Part shown: one piece after another, positions 24,501 through 39,130 of the stretch
How the letters are laid out: each line of letters opens with the position of its first letter
Position numbering within the stretch: position 1 is the first letter of the stretch
NCBI GenBank assembly: GCA_002269645.1
Contig: NIVC01001236.1
Location: 15,494 to 79,493 of the forward strand
DNA from: Macrostomum lignano
Lineage: Eukaryota
Length of the DNA stretch: 64,000 nt
Direction of reading: 5' to 3'
Notes under the pieces: model-generated
Database searches by the model: none
What the model was told of the DNA's origin: nothing
Seen by the model: only the letters and a program-made list of their open reading frames with translations
Program-made: the position numbers and the translations under genes

Positions 24501-27500
24501 AAAGAAGCGGAGAGAAGCTGGGATATCAAAAAGAAGCGGAGAGAAGCTGGGATTATCAGAGGGAAGCGGAGAAAAGCTGGGATTATCAGAAAGAAGCGGA
24601 AAGAAGCTGGGATTATCAGAGAGAAGCGGAAAGAAGCTGGGATTATCAGAGAGAAGCGGAAAGAAGCTGGGATTATCAGAGAGAAGCGGAGAGAAGCTGG
24701 GATTATCAGAAAGAAGCGGAAAGAAGCTGGGATTATCAGAGAGAAGCGGAGAGAAACTGGGATTATCAGAAAGCAGCGGAAGGAAGCTGGGATTATCAGA
24801 AAGAGGCGGAGAGAAGCTGGGATTATCAGAGGGAAGCGGAGAGAAGCTGGGATTATCAGAGAGAAGCGGAAAGAAGCTGGGATTATTAGAAAGAGGCGGA
24901 GAAAAGCTGGGATTATTAGAAAGAGGCGGAGAGAAGCTGGGATTATTAGAAAGAGGCGGAAAGAAGCTGGGATTATCAGAGGGAAGCGGAGGGAAGCTGG
25001 GATTATCAGAGAGAAGCGGGGAGAAGCTGGGAAGCTGAGAAATCGATGCATACAAAATACGTTAGAAGGCAAAGGTGCGAAAGAACGAGAGGGGCGCAAG
25101 GCCGTAGCCAGCGTATTTTTATCAACACAGAATGGATGCAATTCTACACTAGCAAAGATAAAAGGTTTGGTTTGGTTTCAGCTAGGCGATGAAAAGTGTG
25201 AAAAGTTGCTTGAGCCGTGTGCATCTGCGATTGAGGAGAAATCGATAATAAAATGAATATAGTTTTGTGGGAAAAGACAACAATTCACAGCGCAAGCTAG
25301 CTTTACCTCGCGACATGGAGTCCAGCATGGAATAACTCTGCATATTCGCTCAAACATAAAGGGAAAGTCTTGGGGCCGCTATAACTCCTTCATCGAACTG
25401 ATTCAGCCGCCTCTGTATATCTTAGCAGCCTTGGCTGTCCTATACTTAGAACAAAGAGCCAGACCCAACTCAGCATTTTCACTCAAACACACAGAGCTCT
25501 TGGAATCGCTATAATCTTCATCTAACTGACTCACTGGCCTCTGTATATCTTAGCAGCCTTGGCTGTCCTATACTTAGAACAAAGAGCCAGGCCTAGCTCT
25601 GCAATATCACTCAAACACACAGAGCTCTTGGAATCGCTATAATCTTCATCTAACTGACTCACCGGCCTCTGTAAATCTCGGCAGCTTAGACCTCCTATAC
25701 TTAGAACGGAGTAGGCTCTAAGTCTGTTTTTTCACTCAAACATAAAGGGAAAGTCTTGGGGCCGCTAAAACCTCTTCATCTAAGAGATTCACCCGCCTCA
25801 GTCAGTCAGTCAGTCAGTCAGTCAAAAAGAAGCGGAGAGAAGCTGGGATATCAAAAAGAAGCGGAGAGAAGCTGGGATATCAAAAAGAAGCGGAGAGAAG
25901 CTGGGATTATCAGAGGGAAGCGGAGAAAAGCTGGGATTATCAGAAAGAAGCGGAAAGAAGCTGGGATTATCAGAGAGAAGCGGAAAGAAGCTGGGATTAT
26001 CAGAGAGAAGCGGAAAGAAGCTGGGATTATCAGAGAGAAGCGGAGAGAAGCTGGGATTATCAGAAAGAAGCGGAAAGAAGCTGGGATTATCAGAGAGAAG
26101 CGGAGAGAAACTGGGATTATCAGAAAGCAGCGGAAGGAAGCTGGGATTATCAGAAAGAGGCGGAGAGAAGCTGGGATTATCAGAGGGAAGCGGAGAGAAG
26201 CTGGGATTATCAGAGAGAAGCGGAAAGAAGCTGGGATTATTAGAAAGAGGCGGAGAAAAGCTGGGATTATTAGAAAGAGGCGGAGAGAAGCTGGGATTAT
26301 CAGAAAGAGGCGGAGAGAAGCTGGGATTATTAGAAAGAGGCGGAAAGAAGCTGGGATTATTAGAAAGAGGCGGAGAGAAGCTGAGATTATCAGAAAGAGG
26401 CGGAGAGAAGCTGGGATTATCAGAAAGAGGCGGAGAGAAGCTGGGATTATTAGTAAGAGGCGGAGAGATGCTGGGATTATCAGAAAGAGGCGGAGAGAAG
26501 CTGGGATTATTAGAAAGAGGCGGAAAGAAGCTGGGATTATCAGAGAGAAGCGGAGAGAAGCTGGGAAGCTGAGAAATCGATGCATACAAAATACGTTAGA
26601 AGGCAAAGGTGCGAAAGAACGAGAGGGGCGCAAGGCCGTAGCCAGCGTATTTTTATCAACACAGAATGGATGCAATTCTACACTAGCAAAGATAAAAGGT
26701 TTGGTTTGGTTTCAGCTAGGCGATGAAAAGTGTGAAAAGTTGCTTGAACCGTGTGTATCTGCGAGTGAGGAGAAATCGATAATAAAATGAATATAGTTTT
26801 GTGGGAAAAGACAACAATTCACAGCGCAAGCTAGCTTTACCTCGCGACATGGAGTCCAGCATGGAATAACTCTGCATATTCGCTCAAGCATAAAGGGAAA
26901 GTCTTGGGGCCGCTATAACTCCTTCATCGAACTGATTCAGCCGCCTCTGTATATCTTAGCAGCCTTGGCTGTCCTATACTTAGAACAAAGAGCCAGACCC
27001 AACTCAGCATTTTCACTCAAACACACAGAGCTCTTAGAATCGCTATAATCTTCATCTAACTGACTCACTGGCCTCTGTATATCTTAGCAGCCTTGGATGT
27101 CCTATACTTAGAACAAAGAGACAGACCCAACTCAGCATTTTCACTCAAACATAAAGGGAAAGTCTTGGGGCCGCTATAACTCCTTCATCGAACTGATTCA
27201 GCCGCCTCTGTATATCTTAGCAGCCTTGGCTGTCCTATACTTAGAACAAAGAGCCAGACCCAACTCAGCATTTTCACTCAAACACACAGAGCTCTTGGAA
27301 TCGCTATAATCTTCATCTAACTGACTCACTGGCCTCTGTATATCTTAGCAGCCTTGGCTGTCCTATACTTAGAACAAAGAGCCAGGCCTAGCTCTGCAAT
27401 ATCACTCAAACACACAGAGCTCTTGGAATCGCTATAATCTTCATCTAACTGACTCACCGGCCTCTGTAAATCTCGGCAGCTTAGACCTCCTATACTTAGA

Positions 27501-30500
27501 ACGGAGTAGGCTCTAAGTCTGTTTTTTCACTCAAACATAAAGGGAAAGTCTTGGGGCCGCTAAAACCTCTTCATCTAAGAGATTCACCCGCCTCAGTCAG
27601 TCAGTCAGTCAGTCAGTCAAAAAGAAGCGGAGAGAAGCTGGGATATCAAAAAGAAGCGGAGAGAAGCTGGGATATCAAAAAGAAGCGGAGAGAAGCTGGG
27701 ATTATCAGAGGGAAGCGGAGAAAAGCTGGGATTATCAGAAAGAAGCGGAAAGAAGCTGGGATTATCAGAGAGAAGCGGAAAGAAGCTGGGATTATCAGAG
27801 AGAAGCGGAAAGAAGCTGGGATTATCAGAGAGAAGCGGAGAGAAGCTGGGATTATCAGAAAGAAGCGGAAAGAAGCTGGGATTATCAGAGAGAAGCGGAG
27901 AGAAACTGGGATTATCAGAAAGCAGCGGAAGGAAGCTGGGATTATCAGAAAGAGGCGGAGAGAAGCTGGGATTATCAGAGGGAAGCGGAGAGAAGCTGGG
28001 ATTATCAGAGAGAAGCGGAAAGAAGCTGGGATTATTAGAAAGAGGCGGAGAAAAGCTGGGATTATTAGAAAGAGGCGGAGAGAAGCTGGGATTATTAGAA
28101 AGAGGCGGAAAGAAGCTGGGATTATCAGAGGGAAGCGGAGGGAAGCTGGGATTATCAGAGAGAAGCGGGGAGAAGCTGGGAAGCTGAGAAATCGATGCAT
28201 ACAAAATACGTTAGAAGGCAAAGGTGCGAAAGAACGAGAGGGGCGCAAGGCCGTAGCCAGCGTATTTTTATCAACACAGAATGGATGCAATTCTACACTA
28301 GCAAAGATAAAAGGTTTGGTTTGGTTTCAGCTAGGCGATGAAAAGTGTGAAAAGTTGCTTGAGCCGTGTGCATCTGCGATTGAGGAGAAATCGATAATAA
28401 AATGAATATAGTTTTGTGGGAAAAGACAACAATTCACAGCGCAAGCTAGCTTTACCTCGCGACATGGAGTCCAGCATGGAATAACTCTGCATATTCGCTC
28501 AAACATAAAGGGAAAGTCTTGGGGCCGCTATAACTCCTTCATCGAACTGATTCAGCCGCCTCTGTATATCTTAGCAGCCTTGGCTGTCCTATACTTAGAA
28601 CAAAGAGCCAGACCCAACTCAGCATTTTCACTCAAACACACAGAGCTCTTGGAATCGCTATAATCTTCATCTAACTGACTCACTGGCCTCTGTATATCTT
28701 AGCAGCCTTGGCTGTCCTATACTTAGAACAAAGAGCCAGGCCTAGCTCTGCAATATCACTCAAACACACAGAGCTCTTGGAATCGCTATAATCTTCATCT
28801 AACTGACTCACCGGCCTCTGTAAATCTCGGCAGCTTAGACCTCCTATACTTAGAACGGAGTAGGCTCTAAGTCTGTTTTTTCACTCAAACATAAAGGGAA
28901 AGTCTTGGGGCCGCTAAAACCTCTTCATCTAAGAGATTCACCCGCCTCAGTCAGTCAGTCAGTCAGTCAGTCAAAAAGAAGCGGAGAGAAGCTGGGATAT
29001 CAAAAAGAAGCGGAGAGAAGCTGGGATATCAAAAAGAAGCGGAGAGAAGCTGGGATTATCAGAGGGAAGCGGAGAAAAGCTGGGATTATCAGAAAGAAGC
29101 GGAAAGAAGCTGGGATTATCAGAGAGAAGCGGAAAGAAGCTGGGATTATCAGAGAGAAGCGGAAAGAAGCTGGGATTATCAGAGAGAAGCGGAGAGAAGC
29201 TGGGATTATCAGAAAGAAGCGGAAAGAAGCTGGGATTATCAGAGAGAAGCGGAGAGAAACTGGGATTATCAGAAAGCAGCGGAAGGAAGCTGGGATTATC
29301 AGAAAGAGGCGGAGAGAAGCTGGGATTATCAGAGGGAAGCGGAGAGAAGCTGGGATTATCAGAGAGAAGCGGAAAGAAGCTGGGATTATTAGAAAGAGGC
29401 GGAGAAAAGCTGGGATTATTAGAAAGAGGCGGAGAGAAGCTGGGATTATCAGAAAGAGGCGGAGAGAAGCTGGGATTATTAGAAAGAGGCGGAAAGAAGC
29501 TGGGATTATTAGAAAGAGGCGGAGAGAAGCTGAGATTATCAGAAAGAGGCGGAGAGAAGCTGGGATTATCAGAAAGAGGCGGAGAGAAGCTGGGATTATT
29601 AGAAAGAGGCGGAGAGAAGCTGGGATTATCAGAAAGAGGCGGAGAGAAGCTGGGATTATTAGAAAGAGGCGGAAAGAAGCTGGGATTATCAGAGAGAAGC
29701 GGAGAGAAGCTGGGAAGCTGAGAAATCGATGCATACAAAATACGTTAGAAGGCAAAGGTGCGAAAGAACGAGAGGGGCGCAAGGCCGTAGCCAGCGTATT
29801 TTTATCAACACAGAATGGATGCAATTCTACACTAGCAAAGATAAAAGGTTTGGTTTGGTTTCAGCTAGGCGATGAAAAGTGTGAAAAGTTGCTTGAACCG
29901 TGTGTATCTGCGAGTGAGGAGAAATCGATAATAAAATGAATATAGTTTTGTGGGAAAAGACAACAATTCACAGCGCAAGCTAGCTTTACCTCGCGACATG
30001 GAGTCCAGCATGGAATAACTCTGCATATTCGCTCAAGCATAAAGGGAAAGTCTTGGGGCCGCTATAACTCCTTCATCGAACTGATTCAGCCGCCTCTGTA
30101 TATCTTAGCAGCCTTGGCTGTCCTATACTTAGAACAAAGAGCCAGACCCAACTCAGCATTTTCACTCAAACACACAGAGCTCTTAGAATCGCTATAATCT
30201 TCATCTAACTGACTCACTGGCCTCTGTATATCTTAGCAGCCTTGGATGTCCTATACTTAGAACAAAGAGACAGACCCAACTCAGCATTTTCACTCAAACA
30301 TAAAGGGAAAGTCTTGGGGCCGCTATAACTCCTTCATCGAACTGATTCAGCCGCCTCTGTATATCTTAGCAGCCTTGGCTGTCCTATACTTAGAACAAAG
30401 AGCCAGACCCAACTCAGCATTTCACACAAACACACAGAGCTCTTGGAATCGCTATAATCTTCATCTAACTGACTCACTGGCCTCTGTATATCTTAGCAGC

Positions 30501-33500
30501 CTTGGCTGTCCTATACTTAGAACAAAGAGCCAGGCCTAGCTCTGCAATATCACTCAAACACACAGAGCTCTTGGAATCGCTATAATCTTCATCTAACTGA
30601 CTCACCGGCCTCTGTAAATCTCGGCAGCTTAGACCTCCTATACTTAGAACGGAGTAGGCTCTAAGTCTGTTTTTTCACTCAAACATAAAGGGAAAGTCTT
30701 GGGGCCGCTAAAACCTCTTCATCTAAGAGATTCACCCGCCTCAGTCAGTCAGTCAGTCAGTCAGTCAGTCAAAAAGAAGCGGAGAGAAGCTGGGATATCA
30801 AAAAGAAGCGGAGAGAAGCTGGGATATCAAAAAGAAGCGGAGAGAAGCTGGGATTATCAGAGGGAAGCGGAGAAAAGCTGGGATTATCAGAAAGAAGCGG
30901 AAAGAAGCTGGGATTATTAGAAAGAGGCGGAAAGAATCTGGGATTATCAGAGAGAAGCGGAAAGAAGCTGGGATTATCAGAGAGAAGCGGAGAGAAGCTG
31001 GGATTATCAGAAAGAAGCGGAAAGAAGCTGGGATTATCAGAGAGAAGCGGAGAGAAACTGGGATTATCAGAAAGCAGCGGAAGGAAGCTGGGATTATCAG
31101 AAAGAGGCGGAGAGAAGCTGGGATTATCAGAGGGAAGCGGAGAGAAGCTGGGATTATCAGAGAGAAGCGGAAAGAAGCTGGGATTATTAGAAAGAGGCGG
31201 AGAGAAGCTGGGATTATTAGAAAGAGGCGGAGAGAAGCTGGGATTATCAGAAAGAGGCGGAGAGAAGCTGGGATTATTAGAAAGAGGCGGAAAGAAGCTG
31301 GGATTATTAGAAAGAGGCGGAGAGAAGCTGGGATTATCAGAAAGAGGCGGAGAGAAGCTGGGATTATCAGAAAGAGGCGGAGAGAAGCTGGGATTATTAG
31401 AAAGAGGCGGAAAGAATCTGGGATTATCAGAAAGAGGCGGAGAGAAGCTGGGATTATTAGAAAGAGGCGGAAAGAAGCTGGGATTATCAGAGAGAAGCGG
31501 AGAGAAGCTGGGAAGCTGAGAAATCGATGCATACAAAATACGTTAGAAGGCAAAGGTGCGAAAGAACGAGAGGGGCGCAAGGCCGTAGCCAGCGTATTTT
31601 TATCAACACAGAATGGATGCAATTCTACACTAGCAAAGATAAAAGGTTTGGTTTGGTTTCAGCTAGGCGATGAAAAGTGTGAAAGTTGCTTGAACCGTGT
31701 GTATCTGCGAGTGAGGAGAAATCGATAATAAAATGAATATAGTTTTGTGGGAAAAGACAACAATTCACAGCGCAAGCTAGCTTTACCTCGCGACATGGAG
31801 TCCAGCATGGAATAACTCTGCATATTCGCTCAAGCATAAAGGGAAAGTCTTGGGGCCGCTATAACTCCTTCATCGAACTGATTCAGCCGCCTCTGTATAT
31901 CTTAGCAGCCTTGGCTGTCCTATACTTAGAACAAAGAGCCAGACCCAACTCAGCATTTTCACTCAAACACACAGAGCTCTTGGAATCGCTATAATCTTCA
32001 TCTAACTGACTCACTGGCCTCTGTATATCTTAGCAGCCTTGGCTGTCCTATACTTAGAACAAAGAGCCAGGCCTAGCTCTGCAATATCACTCAAACACAC
32101 AGAGCTCTTGGAATCGCTATAATCTTCATCTAACTGACTCACCGGCCTCTGTAAATCTCGGCAGCTTAGACCTCCTATACTTAGAACGGAGTAGGCTCTA
32201 AGTCTGTTTTTTCACTCAAACATAAAGGGAAAGTCTTGGGGCCGCTAAAACCTCTTCATCTAAGAGATTCACCCGCCTCAGTCAGTCAGTCAGTCAGTCA
32301 GTCAAAAAGAAGCGGAGAGAAGCTGGGATATCAAAAAGAAGCGGAGAGAAGCTGGGATATCAAAAAGAAGCGGAGAGAAGCTGGGATTATCAGAGGGAAG
32401 CGGAGAAAAGCTGGGATTATCAGAAAGAAGCGGAAAGAAGCTGGGATTATCAGAGAGAAGCGGAAAGAAGCTGGGATTATCAGAGAGAAGCGGAAAGAAG
32501 CTGGGATTATCAGAGAGAAGCGGAGAGAAGCTGGGATTATCAGAAAGAAGCGGAAAGAAGCTGGGATTATCAGAGAGAAGCGGAGAGAAACTGGGATTAT
32601 CAGAAAGCAGCGGAAGGAAGCTGGGATTATCAGAAAGAGGCGGAGAGAAGCTGGGATTATCAGAGGGAAGCGGAGAGAAGCTGGGATTATCAGAGAGAAG
32701 CGGAAAGAAGCTGGGATTATTAGAAAGAGGCGGAGAGAAGCTGGGATTATTAGTAAGAGGCGGAGAGAAGCTGGGATTATCAGAAAGAGGCGGAGAGAAG
32801 CTGGGATTATTAGAAAGAGGCGGAAAGAAGCTGGGATTATTAGAAAGAGGCGGAGAGAAGCTGGGATTATCAGAAAGAGGCGGAGAGAAGCTGGGATTAT
32901 CAGAAAGAGGCGGAGAGAAGCTGGGATTATTAGAAAGAGGCGGAAAGAATCTGGGATTATTAGAAAGAGGCGGAGAGAAGCTGGGATTATCAGAAAGAGG
33001 CGGAGAGAAGCTGGGATTATTAGAAAGAGGCGGAAAGAAGCTGGGATTATCAGAGAGAAGCGGAGAGAAGCTGGGAAGCTGAGAAATCGATGCATACAAA
33101 ATACGTTAGAAGGCAAAGGTGCGAAAGAACGAGAGGGGCGCAAGGCCGTAGCCAGCGTATTTTTATCAACACAGAATGGATGCAATTCTACACTAGCAAA
33201 GATAAAAGGTTTGGTTTGGTTTCAGCTAGGCGATGAAAAGTGTGAAAAGTTGCTTGAACCGTGTGTATCTGCGAGTGAGGAGAAATCGATAATAAAATGA
33301 ATATAGTTTTGTGGGAAAAGACAACAATTCACAGCGCAAGCTAGCTTTACCTCGCGACATGGAGTCCAGCATGGAATAACTCTGCATATTCGCTCAAGCA
33401 TAAAGGGAAAGTCTTGGGGCCGCTATAACTCCTTCATCGAACTGATTCAGCCGCCTCTGTATATCTTAGCAGCCTTGGCTGTCCTATACTTAGAACAAAG

Positions 33501-34233
33501 AGCCAGACCCAACTCAGCATTTTCACTCAAACACACAGAGCTCTTAGAATCGCTATAATCTTCATCTAACTGACTCACTGGCCTCTGTATATCTTAGCAG
33601 CCTTGGATGTCCTATACTTAGAACAAAGAGACAGACCCAACTCAGCATTTTCACTCAAACATAAAGGGAAAGTCTTGGGGCCGCTATAACTCCTTCATCG
33701 AACTGATTCAGCCGCCTCTGTATATCTTAGCAGCCTTGGCTGTCCTATACTTAGAACAAAGAGCCAGACCCAACTCAGCATTTCACACAAACACACAGAG
33801 CTCTTGGAATCGCTATAATCTTCATCTAACTGACTCACTGGCCTCTGTATATCTTAGCAGCCTTGGCTGTCCTATACTTAGAACAAAGAGCCAGGCCTAG
33901 CTCTGCAATATCACTCAAACACACAGAGCTCTTGGAATCGCTATAATCTTCATCTAACTGACTCACTGGCCTCTGTATATCTTAGCAGCCTTGGCTGTCC
34001 TATACTTAGAACAAAGAGCCAGACCCAACTCAGCATTTTCACTCAAACACACAGAGCTCTTGGAATCGCTATAATCTTCATCTAACTGACTCACTGGCCT
34101 CTGTATATCTTAGCAGCCTTGGCTGTCCTATACTTAGAACAAAGAGCCAGACCCAACTCAGCATTTTCACTCAAACACACAGAGCTCTTGGAATCGCTAT
34201 AATCTTCATCTAACTGACTCACCGGCCTCTGTA
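15547..34233. repeat. Higher-order composite satellite (~18.7 kb; 11 units of 1354-2159 bp)
   Basis: Each unit has 128-bp subrepeats, (GTCA)n, a 30-bp purine-rich array (AGAAAGAGGCGGAGAGAAGCTGGGATTATC) and a ~300-bp non-repetitive segment. That segment starts at 16541, 18699, 20053, 21525, 23684, 25038, 26572, 28187, 29721, 31519 and 33082. Confidence 0.96.
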
Positions 34234-35434
34234 GTAGCTCTGCAGTATCACCCAAACTCAAGGAGCAGAGACATTAAAAAGCGATTAAAAAGCGATGGGT
34301 GCTGAGCTTTTAGTGAAAGCAGTTTTCGTTTTGGCCTTTTTCTTCAGCAGTGAATGCTTCACGTGTGAAATGTGAGTCAGTTGTAACCGCTGCTACACCT
34401 GAAGTATGAGTATGAGTAATTTTCGATCTCGATCTTTTATTTTTCAGTTTTTTTATGTCTCTATATAATTTCTGTTTTGATTGTCTCGCAGCAGCATTCC
34501 TACTGCCGTAGGTAGGGAAATACTTCGATATTACTTACTCTTGGTTCCACTAGTAGCCTGGAGAGACAATTAATTCGAAATCCTCCAAGCTGTTAGAAAT
34601 CGGTTCGAGATTTTTTGTCCCTAATATAGGTAATTTTGTCCGCCAGGGCGACATGTAATTTCGTCCGTTCCCAAGTAATTGCCTTCTCCCAATGGCTGCT
34701 CTCTCCCCGCCTGTCTGTCCTGTCAGTCCAAGTGGGCTGCTACGGTGAGGCGGGTTTAGGGAAGTCGTGTTGCCGGCCGAGGGCCCCTCATCAGCCTCAA
34801 TGCAGCGCCTTGACTCCGGAGGCAGGGTAAACATTAAAAGTGACAATGCGTGAGGGCGGCACAGAGGAGGCCTCACTAATTACCCTCGCATCCTCCCAGA
34901 GCCTCGGTGCCATTGTACACCAAGGGATAACTTCCACTGGCCTCAGCGCTCCCAGCGCATTCCAATCGGCCTTCCTTCCCTCGATCTGTCTGCCTCTATC
35001 ACGTCTTAGCGTCTGGGGCTAAAAATGCTTTAATGAAGCGAATTTTTTATCCTTGCCCGAGAAATTCGCGCATCGAAGGCGGGCGGGACAAGCGCGCGTG
35101 GCTGCCTCAACAATTTTTCTTTACGCCGAAAAAAAATTGGAAAAACTTCGCCGCGCCGAAGTAGAAGGAAAGTCTGGTTCTCGCAGCGGGCTACAGGCAT
35201 CTGGCAGAATTTCTGCAACGGGACTGCCGACTGCCTACCGCCCGTTTTCAGATGCTGGGGATGCCTGTCCCATTCGAATGAAAACGGTCACGCCAAGGCC
35301 GCAAACATTGCCAATCCAGCTTGAGTTACGAGCCCAATAAGCCCGACTTATCGATTTATGAGCAGAGAGAAATTGCAAGTTGTCTCAAAATTCGCAAATC
35401 AAATACAAAGCCGTTCTGGGGGCTTCGGTCTCAC

Positions 35435-35507
35435 CTCTGCGCTGCATGAAGGCGAACAGGTCGTCCAAGAATTGCTTCCGCTTCGGCTCCTCGGACAGTT
35501 CGTAGAG
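35435..35507 (-). CDS. ARID3: ARID3/dead ringer coding exon 2 (ARID N-terminus)
   Basis: LYELSEEPKRKQFLDDLFAFMQRRG. 73 nt, ttattgcag| and |gtgaga, phases 0/1. Confidence 0.95.
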
Positions 35508-35669
35508 CTGCAATAAAACACGGGGGTTCCGCAATAAGCCGCGATGATTCCCGCTCTCAAGCACAGGTACGCTTGTAATCAATAGGCATCACAGGATCCG
35601 GAGAGATTTATTGCTTGGGAGCAGAATTAATCAAGCTTATTCAATAAATTCAAGGGCCCAGCGGGACGG

Positions 35670-36488
<819 letters not shown>

Positions 36489-38485
36489 AAAAACCAACTA
36501 AATATAGTTTTTCAAGTTTTTTAATATAAACTTTCGACTTTCGGGTTCATAAGCAAAGCAGAAGCTCCCATCAGTAACATTTTTCTAACCGTAAAAAATT
36601 TTATACCGAAACTCGTCCCCGGATGTAAGCAGCCCTCTTTCCGGTTTATTTTCTTTAATAATTAATGACCTAATTCGCGAGATGCCTCCTCTAGAAGCAG
36701 AAGTAGGCCAGCTGTTCCTGAAGCAAAACTCCTTTGACCCGTGAAAAGCAACTTTTGGCCCGCCGCTCAGGGTGTCAGTCAGCAATAATGGAATGAGGGA
36801 GATCAGTCAGTTCCCGCAGAAGCCAGCCAATTCCTTGGATGAAAGCCACCGGAAGTCAGCGGGTCGGGGAAAGCCGCCCGTAATTGAATGGCGCACATCC
36901 TGCACTCGATTGGGATTAAAAAATCTCCTGCTTTAAGATTGACATTCGAGCAAGAGAGTCGAAATCGCAACACCTGAGTCCTCTGCTCATTGTAGGAAGC
37001 ATCAAACCGTTCTCTTTGCCTTTGTGAGCCTCTTTACCTTTTCATCTGAAAATTACTGAGCGCATTACCGGAGAGGCGGATGCGTCGGGCAGAAGGCTTC
37101 GCAAAAATACCATTCCAACCCCCTTATTTCCTTCGATCCCTCTTTCATGCTGTTTATCTCGACTATCTCCTCGCTATCTCTTTGTGTGTCTTTGTCTCGC
37201 CCGCGCTAAGGGAGTCGCGGCTGCAATCAGTGCGGGAACTCCGGCCGCTCAGCAATGAAAGCTGTTGTCGCTCTTGTCCGCAAATATTTACGTATCAACC
37301 TCTGGGTCCATTGGTGACGAAGTGCTTCGATAGCCAGTGGGCGGAGGCGCTGACTTATCAAAATCCCCCCCTGTCCCCCGCCAGCCGCCGCGATCATCCC
37401 GGATGCGGCTGGCCGGGCCGGCACAAAGGGCTGGGGGCCGAAAGCTTTCGGAACTTCGGTTTTGAAGTCAGAGAGATTCGAGTTTTTGTCAAAGCCAGCG
37501 CGGGGCCATGAATGAAGACTGCGATATGCGCGTGTTCCGGATCGGGGGATTATAAATCTAGGGGAAGCCGGGGAGCGATTGCGAGAAAGAGAGGGGGAGG
37601 GGCAGATGTGCAGCGGCCGGCACTTCTGCTTCCCCATTCAGCGATGACAACCAGCTCCGTCAGCCAGCGCTCTGTTCCCCGGTAATCCTTCAGACTTCAG
37701 GGCTTCGGGCATTGGGAGTTTCTTCCTCAGCAAAGCAGTGCGAGAGCAGGCGGAGCGAGAGCAGAAATGCCAAAGAAATGCCTGCCTGTCTACGCCGGGG
37801 TGCTCAGTGCTGATTGGCTGCCGCCACCGGATTTGATTTCCTAGAATCCGCCTCTCCGCCCATCCCGGCGGATTATTTGATATCGCAGGGGGGGGGGGGT
37901 AGGGAGGAGAGGCTGGGGGTGGGACAGCCAGATGGAGAATGCAGGTCCGGGGGATGCAGCGGAATTTTTATTTGCCTCAGCAGCAGAAAACGGGCTGCTG
38001 GAGGCATCGCGTCAGAATTTATGCTTTGCGCTGTGGAGTATTGAGGATCGCGGGCAGCGGTTGCTAAGCGGCTCTGCTGCCCCCCCCCCCCCTGCCGGAT
38101 CAGAACAAATGCCGGGTCCCGCAGTCCTACAGGGCTTGATTGATAATCCCCTCCTCTGTGCGCCTGAAATTTTACTTAAGCTGTTGCCGAATGGCGGAAT
38201 GGAAAATGGGATTCGGCAAATTCGAATGCGGACTGGGAGAGCAAGTGAGAGGGAGGGGAGGGGACGAAATGCTGCCTCGGTTGCTAGCGGAGAGGGGGGC
38301 GATTTGCACTCCGGTTTGCGCCAATCTGCCTGTGCCAGTTGCTTTCTCATCCGGGCTGCATTTTACTGTTGCTGGATGAATGATAGCTTTGCGTCCGCCT
38401 GGGCTCCGCAGTGAAGGACAGAGCAGGGCGGGTGCTGGCAGGCTTGAATTGGCGAGGTTATGGCGGTATTTGCGGATGGATACCT

Positions 38486-39130
38486 TAGATAGGTAGGTAG
38501 GTAGATAGGTAGATAGGTAGATGGGTAGATAGGTAGGTAGGTAGGTAGGTAGGTAGGTAGGTAGGTAGGTAGGTAGGTAGATAGGTAGATAGGTAGATAG
38601 GTAGATAGGTAGGTAGGTAGATAGGTAGATAGGTAGGTAGGTAGGTAGGTAGGTAGGTAGGTAGGTAGATAGGTAGGTAGGTAGGTAGGTTGATAGGTAG
38701 ATAGGTAGATAGGTAGGTAGGTAGGTAGGTAGGTAGGCAGGTAGGTAGGTAGGTAGGTAGGTAGGTAGGTAGGTAGGTAGGTAGGTAGGTAGGTAGGTAG
38801 ATAGGTAGGTAGGTAGATAGGTAGGTAGATAGGTAGGTAGATAGGTAGGTAGGTAGGTAGGTAGGTAGGTAGGTAGGTAGGTAGATAGGTAGATAGGTAG
38901 GTAGGTAGGTAGGTAGGTAGGTAGGTAGGTAGTTAGGTAGATAGGTAGATAGGTCGGTAGGTAGGTAGGTAGGTAGATAGGTCGGTAGGTAGGTAGGTAG
39001 GTAGGTAAGTAGGTGATAGGTAGGTGGGTAGTTAGTTTATTAGCAGATAGACAGGTAGGTTGATGAGTAGAGCAGATACAATGGTAGACAAGTAGAAGAT
39101 AAGCAGGTAGATAAATAGATAGATAGGTAG
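38486..39130. repeat. (TAGG)n/(TAGA)n microsatellite
   Basis: Directly visible. Source of the PTYL-repeat ORF. Confidence 0.97.

Noticed and set aside
15782-33300. Many Arg/Lys-rich MGPLKPL... and antisense ORFs resembling protamines or nucleic-acid-binding proteins
   Set aside because: They arise from the 30-bp (in-frame) repeat, start at TTG and are open on both strands.
15547-34233. Hammerhead ribozyme or retrozyme in the satellite units
   Set aside because: No CTGANGA core with a correctly placed GAAA found by eye. The one CTGATGA (minus strand, ~17707) lacks the rest of the fold. Infernal would settle it.
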